Made by a program: the position numbers and the translations under genes. A stretch of DNA of 64,000 bases from Auanema rhodensis (taxonomy: Eukaryota > Animalia > Nematoda), in NCBI GenBank assembly GCA_964057225.1, contig OZ059894.1, positions 15,190,001 to 15,254,000 of the forward strand, in the 5' to 3' direction. Every line of letters begins with the position of its first letter. Position 1 is the stretch's first letter. Positions 1 through 11,083 of this stretch are shown here, one piece after another. Under the pieces are notes generated by a model. That model ran no database searches. It was not told the origin of the DNA and saw nothing but the letters and a program-made list of their open reading frames with translations.

Positions 1-736
1 TAAATGCTGCTGCTGCTTTATCAGCCGCCGGAAACTTCACCTTTAACCCCTTAATATGTAAGTTTTCTTTTAAATTATTTTCATTTCAAAAGTCGTATAT
101 ATTGAATTGAGATCTTTTTATTTTGACCAACGGATATCCACATCAAAACATAGTTTTAATATTGTTCTCTTCTCTATTTTGAAAATATCATATGAAGTTA
201 GTATAGAAATAGAAATAGACTCGAAAATCAGAATAATTTGTATTTTGAATTGGAACTATGTTTCTAAATGTCGTTTGAGTTGAAACTATAGCCTTCCTAT
301 CTCATATCTAAATATACATTTATTCAGCTATTTATATATTTATATGTCTATCATGAATCTGTTAAATATGCTAACTATGTCTAACTTTCGCTGAGAATCA
401 CAATTTTATTTCAAACTTCTCCGTCCTAAATATAGTAGACATAAGAAATGTGCCGACAGTTTGTAGTCATAGATCGCTGTAACAGAAAGTTGGAACATGA
501 ATAATTCGAAAATCTTTAATTGAAAACAAAGAAATAATATGAATTTCTACAGATTTTAATATAAAATACCCTATATATATATAAATGATTTTCATAATTA
601 ATATACTTTTTTCGTCTACTTTGTTTTTAAAATTGTTTTCAATATTATTATAAATGTACTTTGAAACATATTTTGTCTCGAATATGTTTCTGATTTATCG
701 AACTAGCGTTTATTAAGTTTTCTATTATTTATATAA

Positions 737-790
<54 letters not shown>

Positions 791-1917
791 GTATATATGT
801 ATAGTTTGAGACCAACAGCCAATTATAATAATAACTTTTGAATTATTTCCCTTTTTTTACTGTAAAAACCGCTTACGATGTAATTTACGATAAAAGGAAA
901 GATAAAACTATATAAGGTTTAAGAGAAGAATGCTTACATGCTTTTCCTATTATCTATCTTCTTCTATATAAGCCAATAGGGATTTATCTTAGTTTCAGTT
1001 ATAAGCATAGAGAAGATTAAAGAGTAAAAATCTCGTTTAAAAGTAGAATAAATCGGATAAATTATAATTATTCAAGTTATTTACAATATATTATTATATA
1101 GACATGTACTATGATTATCATTTGAACAAAAATTGTTATAAAAGGACAAATGAAGAATCTAGTACATGTTGACTCCTTTTCAGTCTATCTTGTTTCTTAT
1201 TGTACAGCTTAATAGATCAAAATGTCTGTAAACCATATGAAAACAGAAATGTTTATTAGTCTGATCTAACTTACCGAAATAATTTGTCGTTTGTTCTGAC
1301 ATCATTCATTAATAGTGGCAGGGAAATGGATAAAGTAAATTAAATATGACAAAAACATATAAACTAATTACAATCATAACTCTATAATTTCATGTTGTTG
1401 TTGTTATTAAAATTTTTATGGATATACATGATTTGCCTTCTATTTGATTCCTCTTCTAATTATGCGTTTTTCAGTCCAAGACAACCAGCTGCCTTGCTCT
1501 CTTCTCACCTCACCAGCAGCTTCTTCCGATGGCAGCTCATACTCTCCAACGAATGTCATCAGCCAACCGTTCCGCACTTCGCCAGAACTCATGACTGCTG
1601 CCACACCAACTAGTGCTGCTCCAATTACCACTACCGCAAGTGGCGCCAGCGCACCTGTTGTATCGGCGGCTACTGCCGCTGCAGCTGTGTCCGCCGCAGC
1701 GACCATTACATCACCAAGCCCACCAAGCCCTCAAGGCATTTTGGCACCTGTAGCCATAAATCCAGCCTTCAGCTTCCCACTCTTCAGTAGTGAAGCATTA
1801 ATTCAGCTGCTCGCCAGCTACAAGATTCTGGATCCTGCAGCTCCAACACTGAAGGCGGATCATGCTCAGGAGAAGATGGATCTCAGTAATCCAATCATTG
1901 ATGTGTGTTCCGTCTAG
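1..1917 (+). CDS. 3' part (last two exons, 1-57 and 1475-1917) of an Ala/Ser/Pro-rich protein, possibly a transcription regulator; 5' end outside window
   Basis: Exon NAAAALSAAGNFTFNPLI ends at a GTAAGT donor (58). The TTTTCAG acceptor at 1474 joins in phase to FQDNQLPCS...KMDLSNPIIDVCSV*. The exon is GC-rich relative to its flanks. Confidence 0.8.
739..803. repeat. (TA)n microsatellite in intron
   Basis: About 22 TA units followed by degenerate TATG units. Confidence 0.9.
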
Positions 1918-2267
1918 GCTTCAGACAATTACATGACTGTAACGACGTGATCCGAAGTCAAATTTAACTTGTCATTCGTCTCCATCACATGTAATATTCC
2001 ATTTACGGTAAAATAGGTTATCTGTTTCCCAAAACGCTGGTGATAGGCCATCTGATTCCACGGCTACTCAAATTTATTTAAAACCCAAATTCTTCATCTC
2101 TTCTCAATATTATATCTCTATATCAATCTATTCTATCTATCTATATATCTATATATCTAACTATCTATATATAAAGCACATACAGGCTTTCGATGTCGAC
2201 GTCAGCCATCTGAATATAGTCTCGTTTTTTTCTGACGTTAATATTATATCTTCCTATCCTCTCATAT

Positions 2268-3192
2268 CTACCTCCAGAATCCCGATGATACCTCTTCTCA
2301 TACGTAGGTTTCTAACTCTAATCCCGCTGATATTCTCCTCCGTTGTTCACTCGGTGTTTCCCATATATATTATCTGTAAAAACTTTATGTTGTCGTCGTT
2401 CCAACTTCTCAATCAACGGTTGTTCCGTGCAACTGATTAATAGCCATCTGATTTCTTTCTCAGAAAGTCAGTTAACTTCTGATCCTTCTAATTCAAAAGA
2501 TGGATATTGATTGATTTTGCGCATATCTGCACATTTCTGGTTCATCCACTCTTTCATTTTAATACATGTAGACCGGACATGGGTTGCTGCCTCAACCATT
2601 TATTTACATTTATACTGTGAATATTTCAATTATTTCTGTAAAATGTGTATATTGTGTACCATATTTGTCCTCATGTTCCTTATATTATTATTATAACATG
2701 CTGTATCAGTTGTAATAACACAACTTATCTTCTTTCCCTTAAATTTTAATTGGTCTTCAAACTTCCACAGGGTTCATATGAAGTGATGATGATTGGGATT
2801 CTAGCTAGCTCACCAAAAAGCTTTTTTGTATCCTTAGGCTTAGAAATTTTATTTTATTTACCAAATCAAGAAGCAACACGGTTGAATGCCAGAAAATTTG
2901 TTAAAGGACCAAAAGCATACTACTTGTGTTGTCTTGACTACCTCAATCATCTCTCTGACATTTCAAAATATTTCTGTCACAGTCTGGAACTGCTTTCTCG
3001 AAATGCTTATAGAATCATTTTTGAATGCTTTGAGAGATGGTATACCTTATCATAACTCTTCATATGCTCGAAATCGGAATTCAGGCTCAGTTAAAATCTT
3101 TCAAATCATCTCGGAGACATTTTTTCTCCACACATCCACAGCTACCTCTTGTTTCTGAAGAAAGCTCCTCTGATTTCAATGTTATCTACCTC
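2268..3192 (+). promoter_or_regulatory. Cluster of let-7-family seed matches in the putative 3' UTR
   Basis: CTACCTC at 2268, 2938 (ACTACCTCA), 3142 and 3186; CTGCCTCA at 2587; TACCTC at 2289; all lie upstream of an AATAAA near 3336. Confidence 0.6.
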
Positions 3193-3235
3193 CACGTATT
3201 GAAGACAGTCTCTCTAAAGGTGTTAATCTCGTCCC

Positions 3236-3271
3236 TCTATCTATCTTTTCTCCCTCTCTCTTTCTCTCTGT

Positions 3272-3305
<34 letters not shown>

Positions 3306-3310
3306 CTATC
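3236..3310. repeat. (CT)n/(CTAT)n compound microsatellite
   Basis: tctctctctc...tctatctatctatc run. Confidence 0.8.
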
Positions 3311-6300
3311 CATACAAATACCTGAATACAACCAAAATAAAATTGTTTATTTGTTTGTTTGTTGATTACTTAGCCCTGAATTTCTGTCTTTTATTTTCCT
3401 TTTTTTAAATATTTTTGAATATAATTTTGAGATCATATAAATATATATATATAGAGAGATATGTACATCTATCTATTTCTATCATATCATGTGATTTTCG
3501 TTGTTTCGTTTTTAAGTTTTGATCACAAAATTTTATTCGAAATAATGTTATCAGATTCTTTCTCTAACCAAAGCCGTGTTCTATCTGTTTTTTTTTTCAT
3601 TTTTTTGTGAACTTTTACACATTATTTCCTTGTATTTCTTCAGTTTTAGTGATGTTAGATGTGAGTTTTCTGATAAACCTTGGTGCAATCAGCAACTTTT
3701 TTTTCTTTGGAAGCAATAAAAGACTTTAAATCATTTCTTTTTTCTTTTTTTTATGTTAACAGCGAAATAAACAATGAGCATAGTTAATACAATGAGAATA
3801 ATCAGATTAATATATTCGGAAATAAAAGAAAATGTTTCCTAGTTAGAAAATAGAAAAGGTCAGTGTACTAATTGTGGAAATCCAAAGTGGCGCTGATGTT
3901 GCCATGAAAATGGTGAAAAAGTATGAGGACATGAGCACAAGTAAGATCTTGCTTTCTCATTAAACTTTCTCAGGATTGTACTCTTGCAACTTGTTGATAA
4001 GAGACTTTTATTTGAATATTTTTGTAATTATATGTAAATTTATGAAAGTACATAAATGAAATATATAGTTTGCAAAGCCATATTTAGAAACATTTTACTC
4101 AAAATGCAATAAATTTAGTTTCACATTTCGAAACTACGATAATGTGTATAGAATAAAAATCGGAATTATTAAATTGTTTATCAAAAAAAAAAGATTTTAA
4201 TAAGTATTAATTTTAATTATATTTTTTTTGTATTAAATAAACATGAATATAATATTATTATTATTAATATAGAAGAATTTTTATAGTTTAAACTTGTAAT
4301 AAACATTTTCACGTGTAGAATACCCGGATATGCTAAGCATTGTGAAGCTTTTTCCGGGTGTTAATAGACATATGATCGGTTGTACTTAAAACATTTCTGA
4401 AATCCAATAACTACAATCTAATTTTCTTAAATTTTTAAATGTTTCATGAATAAACCTTGGAAAGTAAAATTTTTTACGAAAAGTATATTTTGAATATTAT
4501 TATTCTGGATAAAAAACTGCATTCTATGCTTAATGAATTTATATTGAAATCGAGCTTCAGTTGTTATTTAACATGTGTATATGTCCAACACTTTTATCTT
4601 TTTTTCTCTCCTATTCTATTACTATTTTCTAAGTTAGCTAGTTGTCGGTGAGCAATAACTTCCATAAATAGCCAGTGTCTGTCAATTGTTTTTGTTAGTT
4701 TTTTGGTTTGTAGTAGTAGAATTGCGGAAACGAGAAACAGATTCGTACAGCTGGAAGCATAAATTGGTCAGAGCTTTAAATTTTTCTCACTTTCCTCTCC
4801 ATCTCTCAATTTCTTCGTTATAGCATTCCTCTCTCTTTCGCTCTTCCTCTCTTTCTCTCTCTTTCTCTTGAGCTTCTCTTGGTGTTTCTTTCTCTCATTT
4901 TTTTCATTTTTTCTCCACCCTCTTTTCTTTCTTCAATGTCATCGATGACGACGTAGAATCGTGGTGGTGAGTTGCCAAAATAACAACAACAGCAAGAAAT
5001 TTGCCTTCAGACATTTCTGACCACAACACATAGTAGAAACACTCTTTCTCTTTTTTCTTTTTCTTTTTCATTCTCTGCTACTCTCTTTATTTTCCTTCAT
5101 CTTTCTTCCTCTTCACTCTTGTTCATATGAGCTTGTTGACGAATTGTTGATAGTAGCTTGAAAAAGTTGGATAGAGGATGTGGTCAAAGCACGAAATATA
5201 CAATCGGCTTTGGTTCCAAGGGGGGTTTTTCGGATTGATTATTACTGAAAAGTTGTTTCTTGTTCTTTTAGAGAAGACTTCTCATCACTGTCACCTCATC
5301 ATCATCATTGTCATCACGATTGTGACTTGAGACATCAAAGATTTCCAAATTAGTTCTCTTTGCATGGGAAATTCCCAATTAATAGTATGTAACATTAAGA
5401 TTTCTCTGAAATCCTTATTCTTCTGTTTTAAATAATATGAAAAGGAAGTAAAAAATATATACATTTGCAAGATATATTCATGTAAATACATACATGTTTT
5501 ATAATTTTTAAAAATAAAAGTATTCACACCAATAAAATGAAAAGTATTTTAAAAATTTTGACTTAAAGAAACAAATTTTTCATTTTTTCTACTATATATA
5601 ACATATACATTACATACTTATATAGTATATGTCATCAAATATCAAATATTTTTTTCATCATCATGACCATCATCATCATCTATGTTTACAAGCCCATTTT
5701 TTACTTTTATACGTCATAAACAAGTTGTCATTTCCAAGAATTTTATGAAAAAAAATGCTCTTATTCTAAATCGGCTGTTTATAAATTTACTTTACACATA
5801 TATATATATATATAATATATATATACTCAAATGAATTATTTGAAGAAAAGAAAATAGTAATTTGTTCATGTTTTTCATATGAAGAAAAATTATATTATTT
5901 TATTATTCTCTCTATAGTGTTTAAAAACATAGGGACCGTTGGTCAAGCTGTTGTAGCTCCTGCAACACAATGACGATTCAATTGTGAATTTTTTAACAAA
6001 AAACACAAAGAGAAATTACGAGTGAGACTAACGGAGTAAAATGAGGAAGAATAAAGAAATATTGGAAGATATAGAGAGAGAGATGGCAAAGAGATGAGTA
6101 GCAATACATAGGCAGATGAATAAAAATATTGAGACAAAACAGTAAACAAGATAGTCAACATCTTGCTTGAATAAATGATGAAAAAACTAAAACTATAATA
6201 ATATAATACTGGTATGTTTTACTATTCTTTATTATTTTTTATGGTTAAAAATTTTTCTTTTCTTTTTTTTTGTTAAAAATAGATTATAGTAGATGTAATA

Positions 6301-6324
6301 AGTTATAAGATTTTTATTATATTT

Positions 6325-7311
6325 CTAAAGTTGTCCACATGAAGATATAGTTACAACTTTTTTTGTTCGACCTTTTTGAGCACCACAACCTGTAGCATCA
6401 ATATAACAATTTTCATGGAAGAATCATTGGAATACCTTCAAGAATTCCAAGCTCTTCAATTCGATCTAACACATGAAATCCATCAGTTAAATGTCCAAAA
6501 GCAACATGAAAATTGTCCATCCTACAAACACATATATTATAAATTGTTATTTCAATAGTAAAGCTCTCTTTTTTCATAAAATTTGATCATAAAAATCAAA
6601 AAAAAGCCTTTTAATCTAATATGGTATTCAAATTTGCTATTTCAAAGATCAATCAGTCTGTCTAGTGCTCTTTGAACATAATCAAAAAAATTAAAATCAA
6701 CATAGCCTATTGATCAAAAAAAATTAGTTTTTTTATTAGTATATACAATAATAGAATGTTGACAAACCATGGTGTCTCTTCAAATGTTACAAAAAATCGG
6801 CTGGAATTGGTGTCGGGCCATCCAAAATTATCCATTGATAGAATTCCTCTGCAATTTACGAGATAAAAGATCATTATATAATATATAGTTAGTTAGTTAT
6901 ACCGTCGATCATGTTTTATCACAAAATTTTCATCTTCAAAGTATTTATTTTCAAAGGCGCTATGACCACCTTTACGATCGGTATTTTGAGTTTCGAAGTC
7001 GCCGCTCTAAAATGTTTTTATTGTGATTATTGATAGAAATAAATATAAAAAAAAAGATAAATTATAAAGTGAATATACTAACACAAGCACAGAATCCTGG
7101 GATAATCCTATACCATTTACAATTTTCAAATCCGAATCCTTTTTCTCCTGTGCATAGCAAACGAAAATTTTCAGATGTCTTCGGACAAACTGTAGTATTT
7201 AACTATAATACATAATTAATACACATAATATATATTTAAAACCTCAAAAACGAGCTGTCCAAGATTTTCGGAATCTGCTTGAATATTCAAATAAACTGAT
7301 GGATGAGGCAT
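6325..7311 (-). CDS. Divergent single-domain cyclophilin (PPIase fold), 6 exons; absent from the ORF track
   Basis: Spliced product MPHPSVYLNIQADSENLGQLVFE|LNTTVCPKTSENFRLLCTGEKGFGFENCKWYRIIPGFCAC|SGDFETQNTDRKGGHSAFENKYFEDENFVIKHDRR|GILSMDNFGWPDTNSSRFFVTFEETPW|MDNFHVAFGHLTDGFHVLDRIEELGILEG|CGAQKGRTKKVVTISSCGQL*; all introns GT-AG and in phase. Confidence 0.93.
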
Positions 7312-7657
7312 AACAGCAAGAATATAATTATCCAACTAAAACTATATTGAGATGTTGAACTATCGGAAATACATATACTATATTAGTGAAAAGACAACAT
7401 TCCTAATTATAATAAATATAATTAGTTTATATTAACTATCATTTGATTTTTATAACATCAGCTAATTTTTATTATAATAAATCAATAAATAATATTATTT
7501 AAGATGAATATAATAATAATATATATACATGTATATATATATATGTGTAGTTAGATGAATAATGAATATTTGAAATTAGTATAATCGGATAGACATAATC
7601 GAGAAATATACTATGAAACTACATACTTTATACTATATTATAAAGACTCTTACTGTT

Positions 7658-7775
7658 ATGTCCTATCCAATAGTATATTTGAATATTCAGGCAGATTCCG
7701 AAAATCTTGAACAGCTCGTTTTTGAGGTTTTATATATAAACTATCCATCAAAAAGTTTTTTAATAGCAAAATTAA
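7658..7775 (+). pseudogene. Inverted duplicate of cyclophilin exon 1 (plus a 40-nt intron), ending in a stop
   Basis: MSYPIVYLNIQADSENLEQLVFE|GTTTTA matches exon 1 of the gene at 7243-7311(-). After the acceptor at 7766 the frame reads CAA AAT TAA. Confidence 0.8.
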
Positions 7776-9962
7776 GTTGGCGATTGTATAAGTATTGTAT
7801 GAGTTTCAAACAAAAATGGTTTATCTGTTTGTGACAATACATCTCAGAATCATCCACTACCTCAAAAGGTATCAGAAGTCTCAACACAAGAATGTAACAA
7901 GGAAAATTACTAGAGTAATAATACAAATATAATTATATTTTTAAAATAAATATAATAGATTACAAATAGAAATATCATTGAATGACTCTTTTTTTATATA
8001 AAAATCGAGTGAAAGAACTTTGGAAAAAACATAATTTTAAAAAAATTCAAAGTAGTTATGAAATCTAATGCTATCAAGTGTATTATGTTTTTGAAAAGAT
8101 TACTTAAAAGGATTTAAAAGAGATAGAATACAGATATTAACGGTAATCTGATAGTTCTTTTGAATAATTGACCTATGAATATTTGGTAATTCATAAATTA
8201 TTATATGTGAAACAAACCAATTAATCTTATTATTCATATAATAATTTATGAATATACCATTCCATATGAAAAAAAAAAAGATCAAACTATATTTTAGATA
8301 TTGTATTAATACTTATTACTTTGACAATTTTTATTAAAAAGTATTATAACATATTCAATTGGTCAATATCTTAACATCATTGAAATTAATTTAAGTTGAA
8401 GGTAAACAGAGACTTGTAAAGACTTAATACATAACTCTGAATGCTTTGTTATCAGTTTTTGACAAAAAAAATGTTTCTTGAAGAGTATAGATTTGACAAA
8501 TATCGGTCAAATTCAAAAGATATTGCTTAAAAGAAATTCAAATTAAAAATAATATTTTATTTTATTAATTATTTAATTATTTAGAATAAATCTTAGATTT
8601 TATTTTTTATTATTTGAAAAAAAATTAAATATATTCATCTGAATATATGTATATTTTCATTTTATTGAAACTTTTTCATATTTTGAAGAATAATTGAATT
8701 GTATTTATACAAAAGGATCTCAAAATGTTTGAAGTCAAAATACAATGTATCCTGTACGGTGAGATTTGACATGATAGTATTCCATATTCAAGGATTAAAC
8801 ATTAAGTATTTCAAATATTAATAATTTAAGATTTAATACTACAGATGTTTAGTAGTAATTGAACATTTCAGGGTTTCCAGTTAATTAACTTAATTTTACA
8901 GAAAATAAGTTTCATTATTACAGCCAAGTTGTAGTAATCACTTCGAACATTAATTAGCAGTGAGTAGTTTGCAGCTTATTCCTTTTCATTTGTCTGTTAT
9001 AAAGGATTTGTTAACAGATGAATCAAATATATAATTATCAGATCAAACATTTGCTTGTAAGAGGACAGAAATAAAGATCTTATTGAATTATATGTTACTG
9101 AAAATTCAAATGTATGTTATTCTACTAATTCTTTCTTATAACTTGAACAATTTGTAGAAAAAGATACAATTATTAAGTTTAAAACTTGATAGTTTTGAAA
9201 AAAGATCATTTTGAAACAGCTTTATATATAGTAAGAGTTGCTGTTGATTCGCCAAAAAAACTATGAAGGTACTCATGTTACAAATACAATCCGATTATGC
9301 TTGGTTTGAAAATATCATTTTAACTATTCAAAGAGTTGATTATATGTTTTTGCAAATTTATATAATCTCTAAGTAGTATCTTGTTTCTTATAAGTTCGTT
9401 CTCAGTTGTTCTGAATGATCAAAATAATAAAAATGAGAAGATACTTACTACTTGAGGATATAACTTTGCTATATAAATTCTTATGATAAATATATCTCTT
9501 TAGAAGTTTAATTAAAATCTTTGAAGTTGAAGATAAATTATAAATTTATATCAAATCTGGTAATACTTCACAAAGCTTAAGAAGGCTATATGAAACTGTT
9601 CTGAACACAAGATGAAAAGATGTTAATCACTTCCTCCAAGAACTTCATCATATTCCTTCACCTGTGCCAGTACTCAACGACCTCTCCATGTTTAGCACAG
9701 TTAAATTATAAAAACTCGAGACCAAAATAAATATTTTTTGGATTACAATTATATTTTTAATATTTTAAATAAATGTTTCATTAAAATTTATGTTTAAGAC
9801 GCGCCAAGTTAACGTACCATTGAATGAGGCGCCGGCGCCTTACTACAAGATCATAATTGATTTTTTTTTTCAAATACAAATATTATATGATTACAATAGC
9901 ATATATTTCTATTATTAATTAATGACACTTTTATATAATTTATAATATAAATTTAGATTAAG

Positions 9963-10961
9963 ATGAATATATCTAAGCGTTTGGTAAAATTCACAATTTT
10001 TTTGATTCCAATTGTTTTTGTGACAGGATTCGATGATCTTCATGTTGTTCCTTGTAAGTTGAGTTCTTGATTTGAATTCCGTAATTAAATTTATTAAAGT
10101 TGATATTGACACTGTATTGAAAGCTGTTGGTGCTCCTTCATGTATGAGAACATGCATAGATCCATTCATGGAAAAACTATTGGAGATGTGGCCTCTTGAA
10201 CATCTAATTGAAAGAATGTCTGCTGTATGCGAGTATGTTGGATATTACACGGTTATATGCTGAAATCCAATAAATTGTGTTTCAGAACATATAACGACTC
10301 CATTAGCTGTTTGCGTGAAAATTCTAAATGTGATGTTCAAAGTATTTTCCGAACAGCTACGCTGTCTTTCCAAAAGCGTTGTGAACAGAGAGTTGAGATA
10401 TATGAACGAATGGAGAAATGTATGATTGGACGTACAGACAAAGTTATAAAAAGTTTGTTTTTACTTTAATGTTTTGTTATTTTTTAAATTTTTTAAGAAT
10501 GTGATGAACAATGTTACTGTCGATCTAATGCTACTGCTTTCTCTAATCACCCATCTATCCAAATGGCTGCCAGAATGGGAGGAAATATTTTCATAGTTAA
10601 TGATCATATTTCTGGACTTTGCAGGTTGATTTTCATTAAATTTGATCTTTAATTTTAGAATGTTTTAGTTGTTTATCATGTGCTATTCCATGTGTTACAT
10701 ATGGTATGAACCTTGAATGCCCATTATCTGGATGGCTATCTTTGGTATGTTCAGATTAAACTTAACTTTGATATTTAATTTCATTTAAAGGACGTATTAC
10801 TTGAGCCATTTGATGCTATTGCTGGATTAGTTAATACTCTCAGTACTGATCTTCAATCAATTATCAAATCTAAAGTTAATCGTCAATGTCATTTTGCTAT
10901 AAGTTCTAGCACTTTGAAACAAGTACGAGAAGGAAATTTCACCGCTTTAAGAGAATATTAA
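9963..10961 (+). CDS. Chondroitin proteoglycan 4 (CPG4) domain protein; 5' end uncertain
   Basis: Cys pattern GAPSCMRTCIDPF...AVC..YNDSISCL...KC...CEQ...EKCM...CDEQCYC...GLC.CL.CAIPC...NLECPLSG...CHF, ending GNFTALREY*; short in-phase introns. Confidence 0.8.
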
Positions 10962-11083
10962 TTTTTTTTCTGTATTAAATCTTTTTTTATTCTAATTAAT
11001 CTTTTTAAAAAATATGTTTTTCGTAATTTATTTTATTTGTTTTTCTAATTTACTATTATTTATCTTATATTTGAACTTCAGAT

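Noticed and set aside
1392-1706. ORFs 1392-1613(+) and 1440-1706(-)
   Set aside because: Alternative-frame and antisense shadows of the GC-rich exon
2511-3408. Several ORFs of 60-120 aa
   Set aside because: Low-complexity 3' UTR sequence with no splice or motif support
3860-4060. Possible two-exon micro-gene (MKMVKKYEDMST|RLYSC...)
   Set aside because: The intron would be only 33 nt and there is no recognisable homology
7237-7732. MITE with ~90-bp terminal inverted repeats
   Set aside because: The arms translate as cyclophilin exon 1 and its duplicate, so this is gene duplication rather than a transposon
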